From Saprolegnia diclina VS20 (taxonomy: Eukaryota), in the NCBI RefSeq assembly GCF_000281045.1, contig NW_008246076.1:153286-217285 (forward strand): a stretch of 64,000 bases of DNA. The letters are read 5' to 3'. Shown here piece by piece: positions 45,313-56,510 of the stretch. The position numbers and the translations under genes are program-made. The number at the start of each line of letters is the position of its first letter. Position 1 is the first letter of the stretch. The notes beneath the pieces were generated by a model, which saw nothing but the letters and a program-made list of their open reading frames with translations, had not been told where the DNA came from and searched no databases.

Positions 45313-47196
45313 ATGGCCCCAACCAAGACCTCCAAGACCAAGCCGCACGGACGCACGCGCCTCGCTAGCGACGCGGCGCCGCCCAAGCCGTCGCTCATCA
45401 GCACCGAGAGCCTTGCGACCGCCGTTGCGCGCTGCAAGGAAGAGGTCGCCGAGATCGTCGCCGAGTGCAAGGCCAACAACCGCGTCTTCCGCGACATTGA
45501 GTTTGACATTGCCGGCAACGAGTACGACTGCCTCAGCTCGCTCACCGACCTCTGGGACTCGACGACGCCCGGTGGTGCACTCCGTGTGCGCCAGATCTTC
45601 AAGGACCCGATCTTCTGCGACGACGGCTTTGATGCGAGCGATATTCAGCAGGGCACGACCGGCAACTGCTGGTTCCTTGCGGCGCTCGCGTCCGTCTGCT
45701 CCGTACCCCGGGTCATTGAGAACATTTGTGTCGCCCGCGACGAGAAGGTCGGCGTCTACGGCTTCATCTTCTTCAAGGACGGTGAGTGGCAGCATGTCAT
45801 CATCGACGACCAGCTCTACGTGACCCACACCGACTTTGATCACGCGTACGAGTCGTACATTATCAGCGACAAGGCCAAGTACAAGGAGCTACTGCGCACG
45901 GGGTCGCAAGCCCTCTTCTTTGGCAAGTCGTCGTCGGCGCGGGAGACGTGGCTGCCGCTGTTGGAGAAGGCGTACACCAAGCTCCATGGCGACTACAAGT
46001 CGGTCGAAGGCGGCTTCACCGGCGAAGGCATCGAAGACCTCACGGGCGGTGTTTCGACCAAGGTGCTCATGACCGACATCTTGGACTACGACCGGTTTTG
46101 GGTCGACGAGTTCTCCCGCACGAACGTCGACACGCTCTTCTCAGCGTACATTATCAAGAAGAACTCGGGCTTGGAGTCGCGCTCCGACAACGGTCTGGTG
46201 CATCTGCACGCGTACTCGATCCTCAAGGCCGTCGAAGTCAAGAGTACGCGCTTCCTCATGATCCGCAACCCGTGGGGCCAGCACGAGTGGAACGGCCGCT
46301 GGTCGGACGGCTCGAAGGAGTGGACGCCCGAGTGGATGGCCGCGCTCGACCACAAGTTTGGTGACGACGGCTGCTTCTGGATGCAGTACGAGGACTTTAT
46401 CGAAGAGTTCACCGAAGTCGACCGCACCCGCCTCTATGACGCCAACTGGTTTGTCAACCAAGAGTGGATCGAGTACCGGTCGGCGTGGCCGGCGACGTGG
46501 GATCAGCGCGTCTTCCAGTTCTCGCTCTCGACCGACGGGCCGGCCAACATTGTGCTCGCGAAAGCCGACGAGCGCTACTTCCACGGCCTTGAAGGCCCGT
46601 TCGAGTACGGTCTCCGTATGGAAGTCCACAAGGTCCTCAGTGGTGACGAGCGGTCGTTTGTGGGACGGTTTGTCCGCAACTACTATGGCCGCAGCATTAG
46701 CTTGGAGTTCCCGCACCTTGCGGCTGGCACGTACGACGTGGACCTGATGATTGTGCGCACGTCGACCGGGAATGACTCGGTGCAGGACGTCGTCTCGGAC
46801 GTTGGCGCGGCCCGGCCGGACAAGCTGCTTCAGATCTGCCAGAACTTTAACGTCAGCCGCGCCAAGGCCGTCAACCTCAACGGCACGTTCGACTTGCTCG
46901 AGTTTGCGAGCGGCACGCAGACGACCGCGTACGAGCAGCAGGTTGCGCACGTGGCCAAGGTCAAGGCCAAGATGCAGGCCAAGATGCAAGCTGCCGCCGA
47001 GAAGGCCGAGAACGACGACGGTGAAGAGGACGAGGAAGAGGAAGAAGACGACGATGACGATGACGAGGACGATGGCGAAGACAAGTTGTCCGGTGCGGTC
47101 GTCATTGGTCTGCGCATCTACACCAAGGACGCGCGCGCAACGGTCGTTGCGTTTCTCGAAAACGAAGTGGAGGACGAGGAAGAAGCGGAAGAGTAA
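45313..47196 (+). CDS. Calpain-family cysteine protease, copy 3, intact triad, inverted near-duplicate of copy 1
   Basis: Same Cys/His/Asn motifs; catalytic domain nearly identical to the reverse complement of 40740-41930. INR-like CTCACTTTGCTTTTTGC before the ATG. Confidence 0.93.
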   Translation: MAPTKTSKTKPHGRTRLASDAAPPKPSLISTESLATAVARCKEEVAEIVAECKANNRVFRDIEFDIAGNEYDCLSSLTDLWDSTTPGGALRVRQIFKDPIFCDDGFDASDIQQGTTGNCWFLAALASVCSVPRVIENICVARDEKVGVYGFIFFKDGEWQHVIIDDQLYVTHTDFDHAYESYIISDKAKYKELLRTGSQALFFGKSSSARETWLPLLEKAYTKLHGDYKSVEGGFTGEGIEDLTGGVSTKVLMTDILDYDRFWVDEFSRTNVDTLFSAYIIKKNSGLESRSDNGLVHLHAYSILKAVEVKSTRFLMIRNPWGQHEWNGRWSDGSKEWTPEWMAALDHKFGDDGCFWMQYEDFIEEFTEVDRTRLYDANWFVNQEWIEYRSAWPATWDQRVFQFSLSTDGPANIVLAKADERYFHGLEGPFEYGLRMEVHKVLSGDERSFVGRFVRNYYGRSISLEFPHLAAGTYDVDLMIVRTSTGNDSVQDVVSDVGAARPDKLLQICQNFNVSRAKAVNLNGTFDLLEFASGTQTTAYEQQVAHVAKVKAKMQAKMQAAAEKAENDDGEEDEEEEEDDDDDDEDDGEDKLSGAVVIGLRIYTKDARATVVAFLENEVEDEEEAEE

Positions 47197-47791
47197 GATT
47201 GGGGTTGTTGTCTCGGAAATCACACCCTTGTGTATAATTTGTTGTCGCGTTGCTCGTGTACCCAGAGTCTCCCATGTTGTCGCCTCCTCCTCCTCATGGC
47301 CTCTTGCAGTCCCCGCTCGATTGGTGTACAATCCGTGTGGAAGGTATGTCGCAAGTCGTTTGACTTGCGACTGTGGTTAGGGTCCATAATGTCTTTCAAA
47401 GATGAACAGTGTCCAAACGCGTCATCTCTCTCGCCTCCCATCAACAACGCCCACAACAGCATGATCTATGCGTGCCCCGCCAATGGTTCGGTGGCCACGA
47501 AGCGACGCTATTCCGAGTGGAAGCGACGTACGTTCATCCTAATCCTAAACCGCACCGAGCATGCGGGGTATGGTACTGTGCTTGGTGCGCCAGATCCGTG
47601 CGATGCTCATGTCATGGCGGCCAGTATTGAAGACAGCATTTTTCGCGGCAGTCGAGTCGACACTATGGCACACACTGCGTCCTATCAAGGGCTCGTCGTA
47701 CGTTCCCTTGCTGCGGAATGAACGGAAGGTTTCAGCGTGACAGCTCTCCTCGCCGTGAGCAGCCCAGGATACATGTTGGGTCATTACGCAC

Positions 47792-48292
47792 TTAGGGTAG
47801 CAAGAAGGCCGAGCGGACACCGGGGGCAGGCGCTTCGCCACTCATGTTGGCCGACTTGAAGGAGCAGTGGCCGCCCATCCACGGGATCCACGAAAAGGCG
47901 CTGCACGAAGCTCGGCGCGCGCAAAGATCGCAGCACGCTTCCGGATACGTCGACGGCGCGCTGCCAATGTCGGCACCGGGGGAAATATCAATATCGTCTT
48001 TGATGGCCGAGCAGCGTGTGGCGCTGACAAGCCCCGAGAACGCGTACAAGTGCGGCGTCGCCTTGCCTTTCTCGGTTTTGAGCCAGCAGCGTTCCGACTC
48101 GCGCGTCCATACGAAGGCCTTGCAGCCCGGTACGAGCGTACACCACGTGCAGCAGTAGAACGGGCTCATCTCCGCGACGTCCATGAGGTCAAAGCCCGCA
48201 TAGTCGAGGCCGGTTTCATACAAGCAGGTCGGCGGCGCAGCCAACATAAGTTGCGCGAGCACAAGCGGCAGCAGCAGCGTCAAAGTCTTCAT
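47792..48292 (-). CDS. Secreted protein with two PAN/Apple domains (CBEL-lectin-like)
   Basis: Signal peptide MKTLTLLLPLVLAQLMLA; C.YETGLDYAGFDL..CCTWC..VPGCKAFVW..CWLK and C..DDIDISPGADI..CCDLC..SCSAFSW..GGHCSFK. Confidence 0.9.
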   Translation of the reverse strand: MKTLTLLLPLVLAQLMLAAPPTCLYETGLDYAGFDLMDVAEMSPFYCCTWCTLVPGCKAFVWTRESERCWLKTEKGKATPHLYAFSGLVSATRCSAIKDDIDISPGADIGSAPSTYPEACCDLCARRASCSAFSWIPWMGGHCSFKSANMSGEAPAPGVRSAFLLP

Positions 48293-49233
48293 ATTTGCTG
48301 TCGTCAATTGAAAAATGGTCGGAGAACCGACAGCCCTCGACAGGCGCTTGCAGAGACGCGTCCGACGAGACCATATACGTGGCACTCTGTCGTGCCGCCC
48401 AGTCGTGTTGCAAACACTGTTTTAAACACTGTTGGTTTTCACTGATTGCATGGTTCATCTCAGCATCGGCCTGGCCAGCTGAGAGTTGGCGCAGGGGACG
48501 CCATACCGGGTGCAGTACCATGACATGACAGAGAGTGGTGAGTGACGCTGCGCGCGACGACGCAGTGTCTCGACACGGGGTAAAAGAGAGAGCAGTGGTC
48601 TTAGTGGCGAGGGGTAGGGACTAGTGAAATTATGCATTGTTTGTTTGAGAAAGTGAGGTTGAGGATATGAAAAGGGGAATGATTTGTGAATGAATAGTTT
48701 GAGAAGAGGTCACTTCACTACGTCGCGACTCTCTGGTGGAGGCAAAGCGTGAAGCATCAACGTGGCGGATCCGACATCAACGCGGGGGAGTGAGCGACGA
48801 AAGGAACAGCACCTGCGCCCAATAAACAGGAATCTACCGTCTGGGCAAGAGGGGTCGATCAAGTGCCTTCCTTGAGCTCTTCTTGGATGATTTGATCATG
48901 GCTGTGACGGGAGCCATAAACATCTGATATAGTTTGTGGTGTCCACGAATCCAGAAGGTTCTATTGGTCGAGACAGTGTGCTCGTGGGACGAGGCGGGTG
49001 CCTGCAAAACCTCTTTCAGCTTCCAACCGTGTTCTCTGGTAGACGAGCCTTATCTCGTCGATGACCGAGTGATGGTTCTACGCCCTTGTCGCTGTTGTTC
49101 TAGTATGATCCGACGGCGTCGACAAGCTCGCAGCTCCTTCGGTGAGAGTCCGGTAGTCTTCATCACCGATCGGTTCATCGGACGATGCGAAACATGACAG
49201 CTCCTACAATTTCATTTTGCTCGTACTACTACA

Positions 49234-49416
49234 ATGGGCAACACGACCTCATCCACGACAACGTCCAAGCACCACCATGCGATCAACATGACAGTCGCCA
49301 AAGCCGCTGCGAACGCGCCGAAGGCCAAGCCCGTGACCGAGGCAACGTCGCTGCAACCGAAAGCCGAGCAGCGTCTGCCGCAGCCGTCGACCAATGCCTT
49401 CTTACATTACAAGTAG
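49234..49416 (+). CDS. Candidate 60-aa small protein with N-myristoylation motif
   Basis: MGNTTS fits MGxxxS; GC3-rich codons like neighbouring genes; INR-like TCATTTTGC at about 49212; AT-rich sequence after the stop. Confidence 0.55.
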   Translation: MGNTTSSTTTSKHHHAINMTVAKAAANAPKAKPVTEATSLQPKAEQRLPQPSTNAFLHYK

Positions 49417-49651
49417 ATGTTTCGACAACTATGTTCTAACCGATATGTCCTTCAACCAATCGCCAATTTATAAACAATTTATTGGGTTCTCTTGCACCTA
49501 TTTTGTCGATGGCGTGTCGCCTCGGCAATATGTTCCAACGACTGCGTTGCGAAGTGTCCCTTATTGCAGAAAGAAATCGAATTCATAAAAGAATACACTC
49601 GAAACATATATATCTAGTAAATTTAGATGCATATACACACAACCTTGTCCT

Positions 49652-51652
49652 CTACTTGATGGTCAAGTTGGCGTTATTGGCCACTTTGGCGTGGATCGAG
49701 ATGCTCTGAATGTCCGAGAGCGCACCATCCAGCAAGTGAATGTTGGCCTCGCCATCTTGCACAACAAGGTAATACGTGGCGTTGCGCGGGTCATCCTTCC
49801 CGGTCTTGAAGCCTGCAAGAAGCGCGGCGGCGGCGGCCTCACTCATGGCGCCACTGCGCGAGTTGGTCGTCGCTGAACTCGCGGTCGACGGCGCCGACTT
49901 GGTCTGCACTTGAATCATTGTCTGCTTCTTCGCGCGCAGTTTCTTTTCTGGCAGCCCAAAGCACGTCAAATGCGTCGAGAAGAACCATTGGAGCGTGCAG
50001 AGGCGGCGCGCCGAGAGCGTCATTGTCGGGTCGGCAACAATCGAGTCGTCTTCGTGCACATCGCTGAAGAAATCGCACAGAATCGAGCTGCTGTTGTAGA
50101 TTGCTTGGCGTGCCAACGTGTGTTTCTTGAGCAGCAGCCAGCGCTTTCGGTTGAGTCCATGGTCGAGCGCCGTGACGACCACGAGGTTGAGAAAGAGGCC
50201 GATCGCAATCGACGACACACAGCGCACGTAAAAGCTGTCAAACATGTCGACGCGGATGCCGTCGAGCGACTCGGCGCTGCCTTGCAAGTCGATAAAGGTG
50301 CTGTTGCTGTACTCGATAAACTGCGGAATGTACACTAGGACAATTGCGCTCATGTAGACACAAACGACACTCGACCAGTTGAGCCATTCCACGACTTTGG
50401 AGTGGCCCGTGAACGCCACCGTGCCAAGCAAATTCCACAAAATCTTGAGCACTTTGAGGACCGCGCAGTTGAGCCAGAGAAAGCGCGTACTCAAAAAGAA
50501 CATTTGAATCGTGGGCGCAAATTGCGGCGAGAGATTGTTGTACACGTTGACGTTGCGCACAAAGATAAAGCAATTTTGCGCGTCGAGCACAATACTCAGC
50601 GAGTAGAGAAACACAAAGAGGTCCGAGTTGAAGCAAAACATGGTCGGCGAAAGCGCGTCGCTCGGGTACGGAAACAATTTCGGCGAAATGATGCGCAACA
50701 TATGGGACACGAAGCCCTCGGTCGTTGTCAAGTCGACGTCACGCCAATGCACCGTGAGCCGGCTCGCAATGAAGCCACTGAGCGCAATGAAGATCGCTAC
50801 AAACCGCGCGTAGAGCGCTAGCGTCGTAAACGAATTGCGCGGCTGAATAAGGCCAAGCGTATACACCGAGCCGTCGATGAACGAACTCGACGAAACCGTA
50901 ATTGTCTTGGCGGTCGCGTTGTACACAAAGGTCATGTTGCAGACGCCAAACCCGAGCTCCGAAACCGGGTCGCACACGCTGCAAAAATTACGGGGATACG
51001 CCCGAAAATACGCAATATTTTGCGTTTGTGGTAGCGAAGTGTTGGCGATGACAAACTCGCGCGTAAAGCGCATGTCGACCGCCGACCGACCGGGAATGTA
51101 CCCGAGGTCGATGAGCTGCGCACTGCTCATGGCGGGGGTCGCAAGATTCGCCGACTCGTCGTCCGTGAAGGCGTGCGTGACAGCGTTGCCGCGGTAGAAT
51201 GTGACCGTCTCGGTCGTGGTCGCGAGGCGTGCCGTTGAGGCGGACGAGACCACGACGTTGAAATACGTATTCTGAAAGATGGCGCAGAGCGACGTGGCAT
51301 TCGTGAGCGGGTACTCGCCGGCCGAAATGACGTACATCTGGTCGCTTTTGCAGCCCAAGCCGCGCACGGTCGTGTTGACGAGGAGCTGCCCGACGTTCGA
51401 GAGGTCGGCGGGTGTTCGGCCTTTGGGATAGGCGTAGATCGACGCGAGGTCCTTGGCGTAGCGCACGGACGCGACGGGAGATGCGAAAAAGTACCCGTTC
51501 CCGAGCATATCGTTGATCGCCCAGTTGTTGACGACCAAGTCGACGGCCATCGAGATGAAGACGAGGACACCGAGAAGCGGCACGACGCGTGTGCGCACCC
51601 GCTCGACAAGCCGGGCCCAGTCGACGCCCTTGAGCGCCACCATGGTTGCCAT
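49652..51652 (-). CDS. Oomycete multi-pass membrane protein of unknown function (666 aa, intronless)
   Basis: N-terminal TM helix, N-glycosylation-site-rich extracellular region, then about five hydrophobic helices and a cytosolic tail (LARQAIYNSSSILCD, RRLCTLQWFF). Confidence 0.85.
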   Translation of the reverse strand: MATMVALKGVDWARLVERVRTRVVPLLGVLVFISMAVDLVVNNWAINDMLGNGYFFASPVASVRYAKDLASIYAYPKGRTPADLSNVGQLLVNTTVRGLGCKSDQMYVISAGEYPLTNATSLCAIFQNTYFNVVVSSASTARLATTTETVTFYRGNAVTHAFTDDESANLATPAMSSAQLIDLGYIPGRSAVDMRFTREFVIANTSLPQTQNIAYFRAYPRNFCSVCDPVSELGFGVCNMTFVYNATAKTITVSSSSFIDGSVYTLGLIQPRNSFTTLALYARFVAIFIALSGFIASRLTVHWRDVDLTTTEGFVSHMLRIISPKLFPYPSDALSPTMFCFNSDLFVFLYSLSIVLDAQNCFIFVRNVNVYNNLSPQFAPTIQMFFLSTRFLWLNCAVLKVLKILWNLLGTVAFTGHSKVVEWLNWSSVVCVYMSAIVLVYIPQFIEYSNSTFIDLQGSAESLDGIRVDMFDSFYVRCVSSIAIGLFLNLVVVTALDHGLNRKRWLLLKKHTLARQAIYNSSSILCDFFSDVHEDDSIVADPTMTLSARRLCTLQWFFSTHLTCFGLPEKKLRAKKQTMIQVQTKSAPSTASSATTNSRSGAMSEAAAAALLAGFKTGKDDPRNATYYLVVQDGEANIHLLDGALSDIQSISIHAKVANNANLTIK

Positions 51653-52924
51653 CCCGCCTTTTTATCAGTTGGAAAACGTGTCGTATTTTTCCGTATTTTT
51701 AGCCGGTCGTTGTGACCTGCGAAATAACGGCAATACCACTGCAATATATTTGTGTGTTCGGCAAATCGAAACGCACATCTTTCGGATAATGCGCGGTAGG
51801 CCTTCTCGGAGCGAGTCGTCGTTGGACATGGCGCTGCCAAAGACGACCTCGGGGCATGGGCAAGATTGCTAACAGCTCGTTGCTATCCCGCGCCGCGATC
51901 CTGTGGCGGTTGAGCCAACGACAGTTACGAAGCTGGCGCCAATAACGCTGGCAACGAAAAGCGCTCACGTCGTCATCGTTGGCGGCGTAGGCCTACGCTA
52001 TATGTGTCTTGGCGCAGTGCAATAGTAGTTGCAATCGTACAGTAGAACCGTATGACGTGTGTCCGGGTGCGTGGGGCGGACACTCGTCAAACAAGATCTG
52101 TCGGTCAGGTGCAAACACATGTTTTCAACAACAGTGGTCCAAATTGCATCCCTTACTGGTATGTACTGCACTGCAAGCATTCGCAACAAAAGTGGCATGG
52201 GTGCTACACCACACGCTCGTGGGATACGAGTCCATACCTTTTGGCTGCTACCAGCGCACCGTCCGTATTCGATTTTAGCCCTGGCAGTAGGGTATTCCGT
52301 GATCTTGTGGTTATCCGACGGAAGGAGGTGTCGCGGCGGATATCCGGTCTCCGTTTCACGCCGTGACATATTCGACAGTCAGGACATGGAAATTTGAGCT
52401 GAGCAGGATGAGACGGGAATTTTGGAGTTGATGATGGTACCGCCCGTATCGCCATCCCCTCAAATTTCCACAAGCGCCTTGCCGCGATCTGATACATCTG
52501 TTGTCTCTTGGTGGCACTGTAGGACATATCGCACACGCTCTCTGGCAACGTAACGCGTTCGCACCGCGCATCGGGGCTGGGGCGTCGTCACCACTACTAG
52601 AAGGCCCAAACGGTCTTGAGAGCCTTCCATATTCTGTACAAGAACAAACAAGCGGACAGCGCGGCTTTCGATGCCCATGATTGTACCACCAAGTGTTGCA
52701 ACCGATCACGCCGCTCAAACCCGATCACTAGTACCTTTTGCAATAGAGCACGACACGCGTTGCGGCTCGTCAGATGGACGTGGACATCCAGACGCAGAGA
52801 CCAGCTTCCCCCACCAAAACGACGCTGGCTTTCCTCCTTGTGGTTCATATGAAAGGAATAATTTGGGGCAACGACCAGCGCAACAACAACACGCAAGTGA
52901 TCACTTTTCAACTCGCTTGCATCC

Positions 52925-54164
52925 ATGCTGCGTGCAAAGCCATTCCTTGTCAGCCTCGGGTGCCTCGCGCTTCTCGTGATCATTTTCAACACGCTCTCGG
53001 TCGTGCACTTGGTCCAATTCGAGCGCACACTGCGCCAGGGGGACACGCCCCCCCGCTACACCCCGCGCAAGCTTCATGTTGTGACGCTCGCCGACGACCC
53101 CCGCCCCGAGATCTGCCTCGTGGCAGCTGCCGTGCACGCGACGGGCCATCAACTGCAGGTGCTGGCGTGGAATCACTCGACGAATTTCTTTGACAACACG
53201 TCGTGCGGCGCCCAGTGCGGCGCCAACACGGCCAACGACTTTCGCATTGGCCAGCAAAAGAAGACCCACTGGCTGCACCACTACGTCGCGTCACACCCAG
53301 ACTTGCACGACGACGACCTTCTTTTATATACGGACGCCTATGACGTGGTCGTACAAATGCCAATGGACGTGCTCACGCAGCGCTTCTTGCGCCAAACAAA
53401 AGGGCAGCGCGGCATCCTCTTCAACGCCGAGCCTACGTGTGGCGACTCGTTCACGCTCGGCGGTGACTATGGCGACCACCTGCGCGCCGCATCCTTTGAT
53501 GTTCGGCTCAACACCTCGTCGCCGACGCGGTCTGTGCGCGGGTTGGACATGTGTGACGAGATCCGCGCCCGGTCCATCGCCACCAGTGTACGTCCTTTTT
53601 CTGAGATTTGAAACGCTCGACTGATACATTGATATGATCTAGTTTGGCACAGGACCCAACTTGTTTCTTGGCTCGGGGGGTATTCTCGGTGACGTGCGAA
53701 GCGTCCGCGCGTACCTCCGCCGCGTCAAGCAAGTGCACAAGATGCAGCAAGACGCCTATGACGCAGGGACGAGTCCGTTCTTCTTTTACGGCGACCAGAT
53801 TTCGTTCCAGCTTGCGTACGTGCAGTTTCCCGAGCTCAACGCGCAGGTCGACCGCGACGGCGACATCTTCTTTGTCGTCTCGTCGAGCGTCGCGCACGGG
53901 ACGTTCGAGCACCTCACGCCCCACAGCGGGTGCGCGCCGTCGTACTTTGTCAATGGCAGCGCCAGTATTCTGACTTGGAGTGGGTCGGCGCCGATTTTTT
54001 TCCATTTTCCCGGCGGCTTCAAGTTTATGTACGAGTCGTGCGCGCGTGCTGTCACGACGCACTTGGTGCAAACCGCCAAGCAGCCACCGATCATGTACGA
54101 CGTCGACCGTCAACGGCCCATTGCCATCGCATCATTTTGCCCTGAATATGCACGTAGTAACTAG
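52925..54164 (+). CDS. Type II membrane PLOD/procollagen-type (GT-A fold) glycosyltransferase-like protein, one intron
   Basis: TM anchor; KLHVVTLAD; DDDLLLYTDAYDVV (DxD-like); ILFNAEPTC; FLGSGGILG; GDQ..FQ; PIFFHFPG. Intron about 53588-53653. INR TCACTTTTCAA at 52901. Confidence 0.78.
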
Positions 54165-54947
54165 ACTCAACAAGACAAGGTTAGACATTTTTTATCGACG
54201 AGCACAACGCCCGACCCGACGACTCTACGCGCCTTCGCTGCACCCTTTTTGGAGAGACATAGGAAGCCAGGAGATAGCTGTAATACGCTAAACACATAGT
54301 AGGGCTGGTCTGGCACGTTATTTACATGATTTACATCCATGAAGTGGGGTAAACGAATATAGGACCAAAAAGGAGGCAAAGTATTGTGCAATGTTTCTAT
54401 GGCAACGTGATAGTCGTCGTCAAAATGAGCTCACGTTGTTGAAAGGAATAGCCATCGACAGCCACTCGTCACACCATATGACAAACGCGGGGCATGCGTG
54501 CACACAATGCTGACAATTTGCGGTGTATCTTTGGCTACCGTTGCTGCTCGGTCCTAGACGACTCCTGCGTTGTGGGCTGCAGGTCGCGACGGGTTTGCTG
54601 CCTCAACGACTGAAGAAGAGACAGCAACTGAAGAATGTTGACGGTGTGACGTTTTGCGCTGCTCGAAGTGCCCCGAGTTAACAGTTCCGACACTAACCTA
54701 ACCCCAGCTGTCGTTCACGTCAACAAGATCTGGTATTATAGATTTTGCACTGCGCTCAGAACAAATCTCAGAGCCCTGGCTCGACGCAATCGTAGCCAAG
54801 AGAAAGGCTGGGCTCTTTGCTCCTGTCAGGACTTTATGCATGTAAATACGGCATTGATCTGCGACTTTGACACCGGCGGCCGCACATTTTTCGAGTTTGT
54901 GATTGGAAATGGAATAAATGGTATAGTTGAATAGGATCTTATGGCGG

Positions 54948-56510
54948 TTAAAGCCACATGGACGCATCGTCGGCCGCCTTGTCGTCGTGCACCATGGCGC
55001 TCGTCGACTTGGAGCGGGGGCTCATGGCCGGTCGCGGCGCCTCGGTGATCGAGAGGGACCGCGTAAAGATCTTGAGCCGCTCCATCTCTTGCGCCTGGAG
55101 CTCTTCGCGCACGAGCTGGTCCTGCATCATCTTCTGCGTCGCGGCCAGCGTCGCCTTGTGCAGGGCAATCTCATCGCGGAGCCGAAGCACCTCGTCTTCG
55201 TCGGCTTCCTTCATCTGGTGGGCGAGCGCATGCGTCTGTTGCTGCTTGGCGAGCTCCTCCTTGAGCGACTCGATCTCGTCTTCGAGCTTGGACGCATACG
55301 CGTCCTGCGTCACGGGCTTGAACTTGTGAAATTTCTCAATCTTTGGCAGCATGAGCAACCCGTGGAGCTCGTTGACTAGCGCCCGACGCGTCGAGTCGTG
55401 CTCTATACAGGAAGTAACGAATAAGAAAGCAATCTCGAGGCGAGGAAGGGTACCCGTCTCGATGGACGGCTGGCGCGACGGCGACGGCGGTGGGCCGGCC
55501 TTGGGCGACGATGCTGCCGGTGGCAAACTCATTTGCCGGCCGAGCTTGTTCACCAGGACGCGGCTCGACGCTTGGAGCTGCGCGATTTCCAGCTGCATCT
55601 TTTGGATCGTGGCTTCCTTCTCTTCGTCGGCGGTGACCGGCTCGGGCTTCTCGACCGTGATGGTGAGCACGAGCTGCGAGTTGACGCGTTGCTTGCGAAA
55701 CTCGTCGGGTACCGAGAGCGAGAACGACCGGCGCTTGGCCTCGTTTTGCTGCTCGAATTGCGCGAGCGGGAGCACGGTCGTACCAATGAGGTCGTCGTCG
55801 CTCGCGCTGTCGTGGTCGTACACTTGCACGTCGAGCACTTTGGTAAACATGTCGCCTTGGGTCAAATGAAACTCGTAGCAGCAGTTGTCCCAGACCGGGT
55901 TGAGGTCTTTCGAGATGATGGGGCTCTTGTGTCGCTGCGACTCGACCGAGAAGATGACGTACGGGTCGCTCGTCGCCTTGCGAAGAAGCGCAAAGTCGGC
56001 GGCCGCCAAGTCCATCGCCTGGTGCAACTGGACCTTGAGGAGGCGGGGCACGAACGAGCCATCGACAATGTGCTCGCCAGGAATGACCTCGATCGAAAGG
56101 TACAGCTGGCTGTTGACCTTTTGCCGTTCAAACTCGGCGGGCACGTTCAAGTTGTACGAGCGCATCTTGGCGCTGCTGTCGAGGCCGTCAATCTGCTTGG
56201 CAAACTGCGCGAGCGGGATCGCGAGCGTCCCGATAATGTCGTCGGCTGAGAGATCGTCTTCGTCCATGACCTGGATGTCGAGCACCTTGGTGTACAAGTC
56301 GCCTTGGGTGATGTTAAAGTCGTACACGCAGCCTTCCCAGACTGGGTTGAGCTCGCGGAGGAGCACCGGCGTCTTGAAGCGCTGCCGGTCGATCGAGAGA
56401 ATCACATACGGGTCGCTCGTCGCCTTGCGCAGAAGCGCAAAGTCCGCGGCCGCCAAGTCCGTCGCCTTGTGTACATGGACGCGCAGCGTGCATGGGCGGT
56501 AGGTCGCCAT
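54948..56510 (-). CDS. Protein with two C2 domains and a C-terminal coiled coil
   Basis: Two copies of DLAAADFALLRKATSDPYVI..LNPVW..LD(I/V)QV.D.D..S.DD(I/L)IG; likely 51-nt in-frame intron near 55402-55452. Confidence 0.92.
   Translation of the reverse strand: MATYRPCTLRVHVHKATDLAAADFALLRKATSDPYVILSIDRQRFKTPVLLRELNPVWEGCVYDFNITQGDLYTKVLDIQVMDEDDLSADDIIGTLAIPLAQFAKQIDGLDSSAKMRSYNLNVPAEFERQKVNSQLYLSIEVIPGEHIVDGSFVPRLLKVQLHQAMDLAAADFALLRKATSDPYVIFSVESQRHKSPIISKDLNPVWDNCCYEFHLTQGDMFTKVLDVQVYDHDSASDDDLIGTTVLPLAQFEQQNEAKRRSFSLSVPDEFRKQRVNSQLVLTITVEKPEPVTADEEKEATIQKMQLEIAQLQASSRVLVNKLGRQMSLPPAASSPKAGPPPSPSRQPSIETGTLPRLEIAFLFVTSCIEHDSTRRALVNELHGLLMLPKIEKFHKFKPVTQDAYASKLEDEIESLKEELAKQQQTHALAHQMKEADEDEVLRLRDEIALHKATLAATQKMMQDQLVREELQAQEMERLKIFTRSLSITEAPRPAMSPRSKSTSAMVHDDKAADDASMWL

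Noticed and set aside
39861..47331. Long ORFs 39861..41441 (+), 43735..44655 (+) and 46141..47331 (-)
   Set aside because: Antisense shadows of the calpain genes.
55402..55452. Hydrophobic insert GTLPRLEIAFLFVTSCI in the C2 protein as a TM helix
   Set aside because: It is a 51-nt GT...AG stretch of typical intron size and composition, most likely a stop-free in-frame intron.
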